A DNA stretch of 64,000 nt from assembly GCA_028718185.1 (NCBI GenBank), contig JAQUMH010000002.1, positions 4,088 through 68,087 on the forward strand, in the 5' to 3' direction. Source of the DNA: Elusimicrobiota bacterium. Its GTDB lineage: Bacteria > Elusimicrobiota > UBA8919. The notes beneath the pieces were generated by a model. The model had not been told where the DNA came from. It searched no databases and saw only the letters and a program-made list of their open reading frames with translations. Shown in pieces: positions 32,301-38,510 of this stretch; positions within the stretch are counted from its first letter, which is position 1; the number at the start of each line of letters is the position of its first letter. Both the position numbers and the translations under genes were made by a program.

Positions 32301-32976
32301 CAGGAGAAGTAATTAAAACAGATAATCCACTCGGAACTGTTTTGTCTATCTTTACAGTTTGTGAATGAGTGGCTTCGCCATTACCAGTATTATCATATGA
32401 CCAATAGTAAACCGTATGCTCTCCATTAGCCCCAATTGCGAATGGCGTAGTGTAAGTTTGAGCAGACAAGTCACCATCAACCAGGTAAAGCGTTTTATTA
32501 ACTCCAGATGTTACATCATAAGCATTTAACGTTACCGTAACATCCGATTTATACCAACCATTTTCGCCGAATGTCCCTGATAAATTACAAGTTGTTGATG
32601 GCGAATATGTATCAAGGGTTATGCTATCATTTGTACTTCCTATATCAGTTGGGGAATAAGTAGTTACAAACACTTTCATATATACCGTTTTATTGCCATC
32701 TCCACTGCCTCCACCGTAAGCAGTCAAGTCCCAGCTGTATTTTATAGAACTTATTCCTTCCCAAGGGGACCATGACGAATTGTTGTTACTGAATATCATC
32801 CATTGAGCATCGGACGGTATATTACCGATGGTTAGCGTTGTGTATTTATAATTTGTATAATCAGCACCCGAGTTGATGTTCAAAGTTAAACCTATTACTC
32901 TTTGAGCGAAAGAAAATAAAAATACAAAACCTATAAAACATCTTAGTAAATAATAAAATTTAAATTTTTTATACAT
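20398..32976 (-). CDS. giant (4192 aa) secreted multidomain protein. It has a signal peptide, an HExxH zinc-metalloprotease-like region, many Ig/FN3/FlgD-like beta-sandwich domains, three tandem FN3+CBM_4_9-like modules and a T9SS type-A C-terminal sorting domain
   Basis: Single uninterrupted ORF. The signal peptide at the N-terminus is MYKKFKFYYLLRCFIGFVFLFSFAQRVIG. SAHEFFHAVK...NEATSVWMEDE lies at about nt 31383-31397. Repeated modules are TTPPI..SDITWNSA..NEPSDSQVEYG (FN3-like) and NHSFE.G...W..Y...GSKSA.CTI...GN.QLYQ (CBM_4_9-like). The C-terminal 80 aa, VYPNPYKPN...KIYTVSGELAREL...WDGKNDDGDKVARGVYIYQI...GLIK, match the T9SS C-terminal domain pattern. Confidence 0.8.
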   Translation of the reverse strand: MYKKFKFYYLLRCFIGFVFLFSFAQRVIGLTLNINSGADYTNYKYTTLTIGNIPSDAQWMIFSNNNSSWSPWEGISSIKYSWDLTAYGGGSGDGNKTVYMKVFVTTYSPTDIGSTNDSITLDTYSPSTTCNLSGTFGENGWYKSDVTVTLNAYDVTSGVNKTLYLVDGDLSAQTYTTPFAIGANGEHTVYYWSYDNTGNGEATHSQTVKIDKTVPSGLSVLITSPGTGFTNNRIITLALLASDATSGVAKMQFTEDSNNWPSTWEDYSISKSYYINSTGEGAKTIYFRVKDYAGNISSFVSTSIILDETKPTVVSFNPPDQNQGENETITINVTVSDTIQLEKIVVIPEIGPAKEQYVNGTNDTKSFDNINLRQGINHIMIQVWDVAGNVSNIKDVYYTYGVYKTTNFKFHFRAYTISNPDVNQVNSAGWQSHNGIPDYVYNFGQYFEYSWNQIVKPGSYGYESPPSEYFVIENKLPVYILNLGNGAYGSTAYKHPILGSIIQVDNDYIGDKFYTHGTDAMQITSAHEFFHAVKCSYNPRDDNYWWNEATSVWMEDEIYPNVNDYLQYLKGFAGKPSWFANSTQSLDYINDWNEYGSCIFAKYFSERFNEKDIIRQIWDICKTTDSLSAIDSELISGHGTSLSNEFKTFTVWNYDASKYYIEGNSYPKITVLDTSAKYQYPSGVNTVMHLASHYFEFRPAPDKPTPQTLLLNFDSSVVTPLWGGKVLKVKMDGTIEEQNDLNKTGNTVSISNFDTTCSKVIVIPSNTDAFANNLDYSLIAMIPPNFTVEYFADSNLTQPLATYTGKPITKAQTIYLKITASEQLSANPTFSIDAPGTVNDKTEVATILVSGNVYKGEVNIVSGPGVEGMVSVTISGKDIGENIATNVTPTIGKEFMIDVTPPIGSLLIRDTFAPLENFTGSQQVSLYSTVSDNSEVGWMQFSYDGIIFIGDWIEYTHIYSPWWLTAGAGNKTVWARYKDKAGNISIVEIKDEIYLDTTDPEMPSGPAKAPRFAGGAYSSSTTVTFTWEGDFATDMESGISNFNIAIYNSITDSLIAQADVPNSQTNYTVDGLIHGQSYFAKVRAQNGAGRWSAWLTGGSVMIDTTSPMCVSINDGLYTNNNTQLSCNWSFTEDISGIVEYQYAIGTSQYPNTGWYNIIALTSTGTLSNITRTFDSPLDDGIYYFTVKAKNGAGSETPVSSDGIIVDTTPPDKPQSLSVSPSGWTNQTQFTISWSTPSDLSGIAGAYYKLNTEPANYIPNTQTFTSNFSVVEGNNILYIWLKDNAGNTDYTKNATVTLRYDITPPDITSYSCLAFSPNGDGIKEATTIDYTLSDNFSTVIKTTIKIYDLQNNLVRTLIDSISKNIGANLDIWDGKNTNGVVVAEGIYKCKITAVDEAENLKVYEGDIIVDITPPQVSNGSIYINPGAYSHNIFTKNDKSVDISFDIFDRFSPSAKVSFTFTSGTRLFTKVTDFVVTPNITQNLLYAWDGTDALGNTASDGEYTLGLKATDESGNIGNTIPILQTFKIDRTPSFVTTLYTNIQIFNPELKNDTVTAYYKISDNATVEVAVEDILGQIVRSPISEVKQKDVLYSYTWDGKKQDNSFASDGSYVIKIKTTDEVGNKAEETVNVIKNQIPAQIVSPVFNGIVGNQVEIVGIAIDPVVNDNIDFLCYKVWYATYSNATPDNYISPDMNVWKSIPVPVSNQSPNDVNYPNSNASYRAILNSTLAYWDVSSLPNGTYTILLVAQDSAMPSNYSAITVSVKVDNTIPETDKPILNITAPISDQVFNITTINDKLNISYTLMQNTGKKSNVVLDIFKMVDVNTFGPVILHSEYFNKTAGETIQWDGKDFRKQYVQNGIYRIQLTAVDIDGLGMDKKSVSVNVNVTITEPLKITKFESDKSDVLLNEPVQITYELTKAATVYITIYDTVGNLVKMVDNEFTSGLTEYTTVWSSIVEGLYTCKIDVIAVDDQTKGSASVSIAVIGGPGSGLAEITSPAPYSVNQGSSNFNWSATVKKGEYYSPQSFSATVQTHAAQSWIQTSQQDFGQGGISNIDLNSESGNVKICTKKYDDISTFYNGQKTPTLIIADNKVQFSQYVVDAIHEQYDDISGNYPLAPSSSWTNANDRNDSTLVWPAWAGYGNTWAFVCGRSGPPQGVPPIYPWHYKFYRLRVVGSVAVWHKDGNNCGANIYLQYGNSSNGPWTTYKYWSQVVSHGSSINISFDEEVPTPFYAPYFKILVQPHNSNHGAYLFLNSIEGYQKRYENTGVFISQEHDTYSYSPIWNLFQTSDENNVGYLGGAHITYRIASYNSSGENINWEAAPIVENGVVPSLGQKRYFKWRADFATRDLQTTPVIYNVTQNFGLVGTLISQAHDCKTAPSSWRNFEVSEYKPSGTNITYTTQTSDDGYSWESERTATPGQPIYSTPRKYIRWKATLSTNDGSKTPVLREVKINANYEPSVTVNNTCYNGHDTYNSIEEIRIPYDYIPSSSPYTFVTQTNPKVLKTIVEERGLLELKATTNEKESWDMTTDDQGLPEHKIISKNNEFNNSGNNLQADFVIEGPFEPTVADRYRPITISAAYPLVNMNNPDEIKNKYTFWKQNGTTIDNPYVWIDADNYDTQKQWDIKLQYPDGTMCNDLVVDKKLTKASNTDSNDINDDFTVKISTDEAAPKRFVEIKGSAFGSDFKGYSMFYQKTGDTILKTIPVISTQPVSNNTLSFWDVSGLNGEYKIKLYVFAGNGVKEIEQTVYVGKQVFPGEHKYVSAPWNKAYLEFYTDSLLQPTTVSITPVKLSDTDIIVDTGMPLPLGALFDMEPKDIQFNKDGNGKLVAPAVLTVRFLPEEVTNVDIGKLTAYHVDSNGKVKPTTLTSLGWKKDASGKNDIFEVSCEVVGFSQYLIIPQVPIPEFDANISTITNQQYITITGVVEAVADVTVYNDGASLKTVKADSNGRFSAEISLSEGANPIFAKTTRWFNNIPFDSPKSKITSITRDTTLPQITNLSVSAAVISPDGARIKSEISFVLSKESVINVEIYNNDVLTRALISNLAVPAGNYSCEWDGKNTIGQNVSSGTYTCKVNIIDLAGNASSATTEFEVMSDTTPPIMTNVASSDITWNSAVINWLTNEPSDSQVEYGLTTSYGNSSVLDTVKVTNHSVNITGLTSGTVYHYRVKSKDTAGNLATSEDNSFTSDINFISNHSFELGTSSWTFYTEEAGSFVTTSPGFDGSKSARCTIIKSTGNLQLYQKDIVLNPNTRYRLTFTAYSNTGRDMTLHVFKHGTPYTNYGLSNYLANLTTTWQTFSTEFVTTGFSSVVTDARLMFWYAPYAVAGDVYYVDDVHLETVPPDTTPPIIVSVTSCDITWNSALVNWITNEPSDSQVEYGLTTSYGNSTVLSTVKLTNHSANITGLMPGTVYHYRVSSRDESGNFSTSEDNTFTSDINFISNHSFESGTTSWAFYTEEAGSFVTTSPGFEGSKSARCTITKSTGNIQLYQTGICLNPNTRYKLTFTAYSNTGHDMTVRVFKHGTPYTNYGLDNYLANLTTSWQTYSTEFVTTGFSSVVTDARLMLWYAPYAAAGDVYYVDDIHLETVPPDTTPPIITSVTSSNITWNSAVINWLTNEPSDSQVEYSTTTLYGISTTSDTTKVTSHSVNITGLTLGTTYYYHVTSKDGSGNIATSENYTFSTLSTSSGTNHVINAGFESGTDSWAYYAGGGGTFISTTPGFEGAKSAKCTITAANGNIQLYQTGICLNPNTRYRLIFTAYSPTRHAVTVHLLKHGTPYTDYGLNYTANLGTSWQTFTTEFITTGFTAPVTDGRFRFWFTPYATAGDTYYIDDVRLETVTGLATPPKPIIKYSNTLKSYYYEDGPTLDTASLDPAITVSSLKFKAQVYNTNDNNPTTDYSGTLTLSTKNSKTGILNVADAILTKEDTGEREISIPFNSEIETVSVTGDSMLPTLTNINDMYLAKPIGNNGGMIKGVNKLKIIVSENVLTETRNLAVIKTKTPAVVRNAARYVDTVKPISYDFGRLSFTNKTSVLEEDIFTKPISITIPYTLVDIGELKEEGLRIYSWNGREWELVPGVHIVDKLNKTITANVKRFTTYRILGSYLATDLSNVKVYPNPYKPNMAVGGKLKVINLPINSEMKIYTVSGELARELKEADFGNLGWLEWDGKNDDGDKVARGVYIYQIRDATGRKKTGKVGLIK
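21490..23700 (-). repeat. three tandem near-identical coding modules of about 735 bp (about 245 aa) inside the giant gene
   Basis: Module boundaries are at about 23700, 22960, 22225 and 21490. Junction peptides read ...VDDVHLETVPPD|TTPPII... Nucleotide copies are about 90% identical. For example, 22130-22400 and 22860-23130 align almost base for base. Confidence 0.85.
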
Positions 32977-32981
32977 AAAAA

Positions 32982-34172
32982 CTATTGTTTTTTCTTAATT
33001 AAAATAATATTTATTTCCTTTGTGCTGGTATTCCCATAACAATCAGTGGCAACTACTTTAACTTTATTTACTCCTTCTTTTTGAAGATATGGTTTAATAT
33101 CATCCAAAGAATATACTTTTTTTCTGAAGCTAGTAGTAAAATTATATGGGGACCCAAAACTTATACGTTTGTTATTAGAATATGTGCATAATAATGTTGG
33201 ACTACTATCTCCATATATAAACTTTATTGAACCATATATCTTGCCTTTCACATATTCTTCATATGGTATCTCATCAAACTTTTGCCCATCTTCTACACCT
33301 TCTATCTCTATTGTGGGTGGGGTAATGTCTGTTTTGGCTTTCGGTGGATAAACAATCCAAACACTATCAAAATCCTCTTGCATCGCAAACTTACTTCCTT
33401 CATTCTCTGCACCAATACTAACATTCCAGATTCCTGTTGATGGTAATACCCCCGTCTCACTGAAATTATATATATTTTGTCCAGGAGGACCATATAATTC
33501 TACAAGTCCAGGTTTATCTTTAAACTGTTCTTTAAATTCAAGATAATATTTTCTACCTCGTTCTTTTCCATACATCTTCTCTTGATATATTTCTTCCGGT
33601 AATATATGTTCCACTTTAGATAATTTTATCTTTTGTTTTTCTGTTATACTTACATCTCCAATTTTTATCCAAGCATTTGTTACATTATAAACCTCTGGCG
33701 TTTCTATTGTGCCTTTTATTACTATATTAGACGAATCTACCACTTCACTATCTTTTGGTTCAATTATCTTAACAATAGAACTTTGCTCGCTATAAAAATT
33801 TAATCTATTTTTCCATGTTATTATTTTTATTTTCTTCTTGTTCACCTCACTTAACTTATTCCATATATTTTCTAATTCTCGTTGAATATCTAATGTAGAA
33901 TTCTTTTTCTGATACAATCGCATATTAGGCTTCTTATATTTTTGAGGTAAAGAATCAGGATCATTTATGCAGTAGAACTTATACATAAATGCCGTCTCTT
34001 CATCTATAATTCCTGCATGCCGATCATCTTCCACCAAATTCCACGACCTTTTTTCACCAGGGTTAGAAACCGCTTCCCTGGCAAACATTATGCCGATTCC
34101 TCCAATCAAATCAACAAATAAACAAATTAACACCCACTTGTTAAACAATTTTCTTATCAACATTTTTTTCAC
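32982..34172 (-). CDS. hypothetical membrane-anchored protein with a C-terminal Ig-like domain
   Basis: 396 aa. N-terminal TM (LICLFVDLIGGIGIMFA). The C-terminal TPPTIEIEGVEDG...KVVATDCYGNTS is a beta-sandwich-like segment. It lies between the PorV-like and giant genes, only 6 bp from the latter. Confidence 0.4.
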   Translation of the reverse strand: MKKMLIRKLFNKWVLICLFVDLIGGIGIMFAREAVSNPGEKRSWNLVEDDRHAGIIDEETAFMYKFYCINDPDSLPQKYKKPNMRLYQKKNSTLDIQRELENIWNKLSEVNKKKIKIITWKNRLNFYSEQSSIVKIIEPKDSEVVDSSNIVIKGTIETPEVYNVTNAWIKIGDVSITEKQKIKLSKVEHILPEEIYQEKMYGKERGRKYYLEFKEQFKDKPGLVELYGPPGQNIYNFSETGVLPSTGIWNVSIGAENEGSKFAMQEDFDSVWIVYPPKAKTDITPPTIEIEGVEDGQKFDEIPYEEYVKGKIYGSIKFIYGDSSPTLLCTYSNNKRISFGSPYNFTTSFRKKVYSLDDIKPYLQKEGVNKVKVVATDCYGNTSTKEINIILIKKKQ

Positions 34173-34260
34173 CTCTATTTTATCTAAAATATTATTTTAT
34201 TTTTCCTAAATCTGTTTTAGTTTTATCACCAAGTTTTACTGGTTTTGTCTCTTCAAATAA

Positions 34261-35262
34261 TCACTCGCTTCCAAAACTATAACCAATTGATACTCTTTGG
34301 TTTGGGTTAAGTGTTTCAACCAAACCAATCCCATAATCAACTTTTAATCCTTTCATTTGGAAACCTGCGCCAAGAGTAACCTTATCAATATCATATCCTA
34401 CTTTATAGCCAAATCGCAGAAATACTGTTTCTTTGAAACTATACTCAATACCAATGTTTTCCCTTATATTACTTTCATTTGGTTTAACTGTGTCAATGGC
34501 AATCAAAAAACTGTGATTTTGTAATACCGTTTTATTATATGCTATTCCTAACCTTATGTTCATAGGAAGTGCGTCTCCCTGTTCAATGTACTTCAGTTTT
34601 GTCCCTACATTTTGAACAGCAAGTCCTGTTGAAAGTCCATCAACGGTTGTATAATATAAAATACCAAAATCCACTGCATATGCAGTCCCTGAATATGTTT
34701 CTACAAGTTTGGATGAAAGATACTTTGCAGTTAACCCTAATGAAAAATTATTGAAAATTTCTTTGCCATAACCTATTGTTCCAACTATATCCTGCTGTGC
34801 TTTAACATTCCTTGAAGTACCATCAAGATTATTCCATTCAAAATTACCACCATCATAATAAAGAAAACTTGCTCCAAAACTGCCTATTCCATTTGATGGC
34901 GTTCCTACCCATCCAACTAAACCGTAATTTTCATCTACTCTGCCTTTTAAATACATACTCGCTATTTCATTACCTTCTATATTTACCAAACCTGCCGGGT
35001 TATAATAAAGTGCATTTGTGTCATCACATACAGCAACAAACGCTTCACCCATACCTACAGTTCTGGCACTTACTGTCTGATTTAAAATCCTTGCACCGGA
35101 GGTACCAGAACCAGCATAAAGACAGGAAGTAGGGAGTAGGAAGTAGGAAGTGGTAAAGGCAATAAATAAAACCAGAGATTGCCACGAGCCAATTGACATC
35201 GGCTCTCGCAATGACTTCCTTTCTAAAATTTCTCTAAACATAACACACATCCTAAACATCAA
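34261..35262 (-). CDS. outer-membrane beta-barrel protein, PorV/FadL-like (candidate T9SS shuttle). The start may instead be at 35199 (MSIGSW...)
   Basis: Signal peptide, then the motif ARTVGMGEAFVAVCDDTNALYYNPAGL. Alternating amphipathic beta-strands throughout, with a C-terminal aromatic residue region. Family assignment is from memory of the PorV N-terminal motif. Confidence 0.45.
   Translation of the reverse strand: MMFRMCVMFREILERKSLREPMSIGSWQSLVLFIAFTTSYFLLPTSCLYAGSGTSGARILNQTVSARTVGMGEAFVAVCDDTNALYYNPAGLVNIEGNEIASMYLKGRVDENYGLVGWVGTPSNGIGSFGASFLYYDGGNFEWNNLDGTSRNVKAQQDIVGTIGYGKEIFNNFSLGLTAKYLSSKLVETYSGTAYAVDFGILYYTTVDGLSTGLAVQNVGTKLKYIEQGDALPMNIRLGIAYNKTVLQNHSFLIAIDTVKPNESNIRENIGIEYSFKETVFLRFGYKVGYDIDKVTLGAGFQMKGLKVDYGIGLVETLNPNQRVSIGYSFGSE
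35124..35153. repeat. heptanucleotide tandem repeat (AGGAAGT)x4, one copy imperfect, in the signal-peptide coding region of the PorV-like gene
   Basis: aggaagtagggagtaggaagtaggaagtgg, encoding FTTSYFLLPTS. Confidence 0.6.
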
Positions 35263-35285
35263 CGTTTATCAATTTTGCTTGGCAC

Positions 35286-38200
35286 TCATTTCACAACGCA
35301 AATCTTTTTTGTTTGTTTGAATCCTGGTCCTTCTATATGAATATAATAAATTCCTGAAGCAACTACTTCTTCTTCACTATTTTTACCATACCAATTTTCT
35401 GAATATGTTCCCGCAACCACATCCTTATCAACAAGTGTTTTTATAAATACACCGTCTATCGTGTATAGTTTTATTGTTATATGTCCTGCCTGTGGTACAC
35501 TGTAATAAACTTTACAAATATCACCTTTTATTGGATTAATCACATTATTTACAGGCAATATATGGTCTTGTTCAAGTTTTGCCTGATGCGAAGAATACAG
35601 ATTAACCAAATAAATATCACCACCATAATTACAAACCACTTTTGTACCGTCGAGTGAAAATCTTGAGTTATCATACCCAAAAACATAAGATGCAGGAGTA
35701 AGTTGCTGCCTTTCAGAACCATCAGGATTGGAAATAACAATTTTACGATTCAATAAGGATTCATCAACATATGTAATTTTTGAACCATACCAGTCAATAC
35801 CCCATTTAGTGAGTTGATAAACCATACCAGTTACTGTATCAATTACTCTATCATAATTAACAACTTTTGTAGCATCGGGAGACCATCCGATATCCCATAT
35901 GAACCATATATTACCATCTTTTGTGATTTGTGTGTTTGTTCCATTCTCGTATATCCACAAATCACCATTATAATAATAGGCAACTTTAGAACCAGAAGGT
36001 GAGTAAATCGGATAAGACCCAATCGCAATTTTTTGTTTACTTGTACCATCACTGTTTATAATGTATGTTCCTGAAACACCGCTTATTGTCCCAAAGAAAA
36101 CAACTTTTGTTCCATCTGATGAGAATGACGGTACACTATAGGAAACAAAATCAGGAAAAGAAACAAGTTTGATAAGCGAAGAAAAGTTACTAATAACAAG
36201 TTCAGTTCCTAAAATGAATGTAATTTTTTTATTATCCTGTGACCATCCGATATAATATGTTGGACTGGCGCTATCAACAGAATAAACCGAATTCCCATAA
36301 ATATCTTTCACTTTTACATAATATCTACCATTATAAAGATAAGAATACGCAACTTTAGTGCCATCGGGCGATAATACTTCAGATAAAAACGATGTTGTGC
36401 TAGTTTCAATCAGTGTCTCATTTTTCCCATTCACATCAATAGACTTTAATTCTTCTCTGTCTTCATAATTAGCATTATAAATAATTTTTTGTCCAGCATC
36501 AACCAAATTAAAGTAATAAGATAAGGTATTATTTGTAAGATTTTTCTTATTAGTAGCATCTGTTTTTATCGTATATATATTTTGTTGACTGCCACAACCT
36601 ATACGATCGTTGGTAGGTGAGAATGCAAAAAAGTCATAATCTTCAACAATTTTTATATTTCCGGTTCCATCACTGTTTATGATATAACATGAATTGGAAT
36701 CAGCGTAATAATTATAACCGAGATAGCAAACCTTTGAACCATCAGGTGACCATTTAAATTTATAGTAGTAGTATCCAGCGGTTGTTGTTAACTGTATATT
36801 TCCGGTTCCATCAGGATTAATTGTGTAAAGGTAATCACTTGGAGAGGAACCATAACAGTAAACAATTTTATTAGTAGCTGACCAATCAGGGAAACTTCCA
36901 TCACATAAATAATTTGGCGCACCACCTGTTGACGTTATAATATTTATATCACCTGAAAAATAATATACAATTTTATTACTATCAGGTGCCCATGAATAAC
37001 CCGCCCAACACTCTGCAAGATACATATACCCTGTTCCATTAATATTTATTACTGAAAGCCTATTACTATCTTTAATAAATGCTATTTTTGTGCCATCAGG
37101 TGATACTTTAATATCTTCCATTGTTGATGTAGATGTATATATTACAGTTTTTCCTGAACCGTCATTATTCATAGTACATATAGAATAATTTAAAACGGTA
37201 TCATTTGCTCTGACATATATAATTTTGCTCTGCCCGAAAATAAACTTTGCACCCAACTCAACATATTCATCATTCGTAATTTGTTTTTTATTAGAACCAT
37301 CTGCCGACATAATGTAAAGGTCAACACCATTTTCATTATTCAGTGAATAGACAATTCCTGCTGATGACCAGTCAAAAGCAGTATATTCGGCACGGCTTCC
37401 GGTTAATCTTGTTGTCCAACCTGCAGTTCCTTTTGCTGTGCTTTCAATCGCAATCCCTGTAAAATTCTGGTCTGTTTGATTCGCTGAAAGATTAGAATAA
37501 CTTTTACTTTCCGGTGAGAATGTATAATTTGTCTTTGTCGGTGTAACAGTAAAATTCCCTCCTTCAGAAATACCTGTGAATTTATAATATCCTGTTGCTG
37601 TTGTAGTCGAAAATCTTAAATCTGCACCAGTTAAACACACCAGAACACCATTGATTGCTGTCCCTGAATTATCTTTAACATAACCCGCTATTGCAAAAAG
37701 TTGAGGGGTAGAAACATCGGGTGCATCAATAGAATATGTGGCTCCAATTGCTAATGTATTCCATTTATCATATGCTTGAAAATAATATATATAATCAGTT
37801 CCGGAGGATAAATTTGTAGAATATGTAAAGAGTTTGCCATCAGAATATGAGGTATCGTTGACATCAACTTCGTTCATTATATAGGTTTTTGTTCCTTGCC
37901 AACTCGCACCTAATGCTGTGGATATTACAACTCTTGGATAATATGATTCTGGAGCATCATCATCGGCATCTGTATATTTTACTCTACATGTGAATATTGT
38001 TGAAGGACTGCCTGTTTCAGGATTTAAGCCATCAGAAGTATAATTTGTCTCACCTGTCCACGAAAGCACAGGTGCTGTATTGGTAGAACGATAATTAAGA
38101 TACCCTGACCAACTATTATAAGAAAATTTAAGTTTCAGGTAATATATCTGTGATGATGTTGCATTATAATTAAATGGATCACCAGATGAACTACTTGCTA

Positions 38201-38510
38201 CTTGATTTGTTCCTGCAGAATCGCTGTAGAGGTAAGCATTGCAATTATTGGAATAATTGGTAAAAGAAAAATAATATATTGTGCCTGCTGTCATTGATAT
38301 CTTAAACCAATCTGTTGTATCTGTTGCAGATAAATCGTGTGGTCCATCTGATTGGGTAGTTGCGGTAGGTGTTATAACTGTTCCATTTACTGCATTATCA
38401 TCTGTCGGATCCCATGCATCTGCATAAAGATAGGTAAAGAATATAAATTGAACTAAAAAAAGAAATAAAATGTATTTTATGCAACAGGGAAACTTTAATC
38501 TAATCTTCAT
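35286..38510 (-). CDS. secreted TolB-like/PD40 beta-propeller repeat protein with a T9SS type-A C-terminal sorting domain
   Basis: 1074 aa with a signal peptide. Repeated SPDG(T/S)K(I/V)A(F/Y) PD40-type blades. The C-terminal roughly 80 aa, NPIKGDICKVYYSVPQAGHITIKLYTIDGVFIKTL...ASGIYYIHIEG...KICVVK, match the T9SS C-terminal domain. Confidence 0.6.
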   Translation of the reverse strand: MKIRLKFPCCIKYILFLFLVQFIFFTYLYADAWDPTDDNAVNGTVITPTATTQSDGPHDLSATDTTDWFKISMTAGTIYYFSFTNYSNNCNAYLYSDSAGTNQVASSSSGDPFNYNATSSQIYYLKLKFSYNSWSGYLNYRSTNTAPVLSWTGETNYTSDGLNPETGSPSTIFTCRVKYTDADDDAPESYYPRVVISTALGASWQGTKTYIMNEVDVNDTSYSDGKLFTYSTNLSSGTDYIYYFQAYDKWNTLAIGATYSIDAPDVSTPQLFAIAGYVKDNSGTAINGVLVCLTGADLRFSTTTATGYYKFTGISEGGNFTVTPTKTNYTFSPESKSYSNLSANQTDQNFTGIAIESTAKGTAGWTTRLTGSRAEYTAFDWSSAGIVYSLNNENGVDLYIMSADGSNKKQITNDEYVELGAKFIFGQSKIIYVRANDTVLNYSICTMNNDGSGKTVIYTSTSTMEDIKVSPDGTKIAFIKDSNRLSVININGTGYMYLAECWAGYSWAPDSNKIVYYFSGDINIITSTGGAPNYLCDGSFPDWSATNKIVYCYGSSPSDYLYTINPDGTGNIQLTTTAGYYYYKFKWSPDGSKVCYLGYNYYADSNSCYIINSDGTGNIKIVEDYDFFAFSPTNDRIGCGSQQNIYTIKTDATNKKNLTNNTLSYYFNLVDAGQKIIYNANYEDREELKSIDVNGKNETLIETSTTSFLSEVLSPDGTKVAYSYLYNGRYYVKVKDIYGNSVYSVDSASPTYYIGWSQDNKKITFILGTELVISNFSSLIKLVSFPDFVSYSVPSFSSDGTKVVFFGTISGVSGTYIINSDGTSKQKIAIGSYPIYSPSGSKVAYYYNGDLWIYENGTNTQITKDGNIWFIWDIGWSPDATKVVNYDRVIDTVTGMVYQLTKWGIDWYGSKITYVDESLLNRKIVISNPDGSERQQLTPASYVFGYDNSRFSLDGTKVVCNYGGDIYLVNLYSSHQAKLEQDHILPVNNVINPIKGDICKVYYSVPQAGHITIKLYTIDGVFIKTLVDKDVVAGTYSENWYGKNSEEEVVASGIYYIHIEGPGFKQTKKICVVK

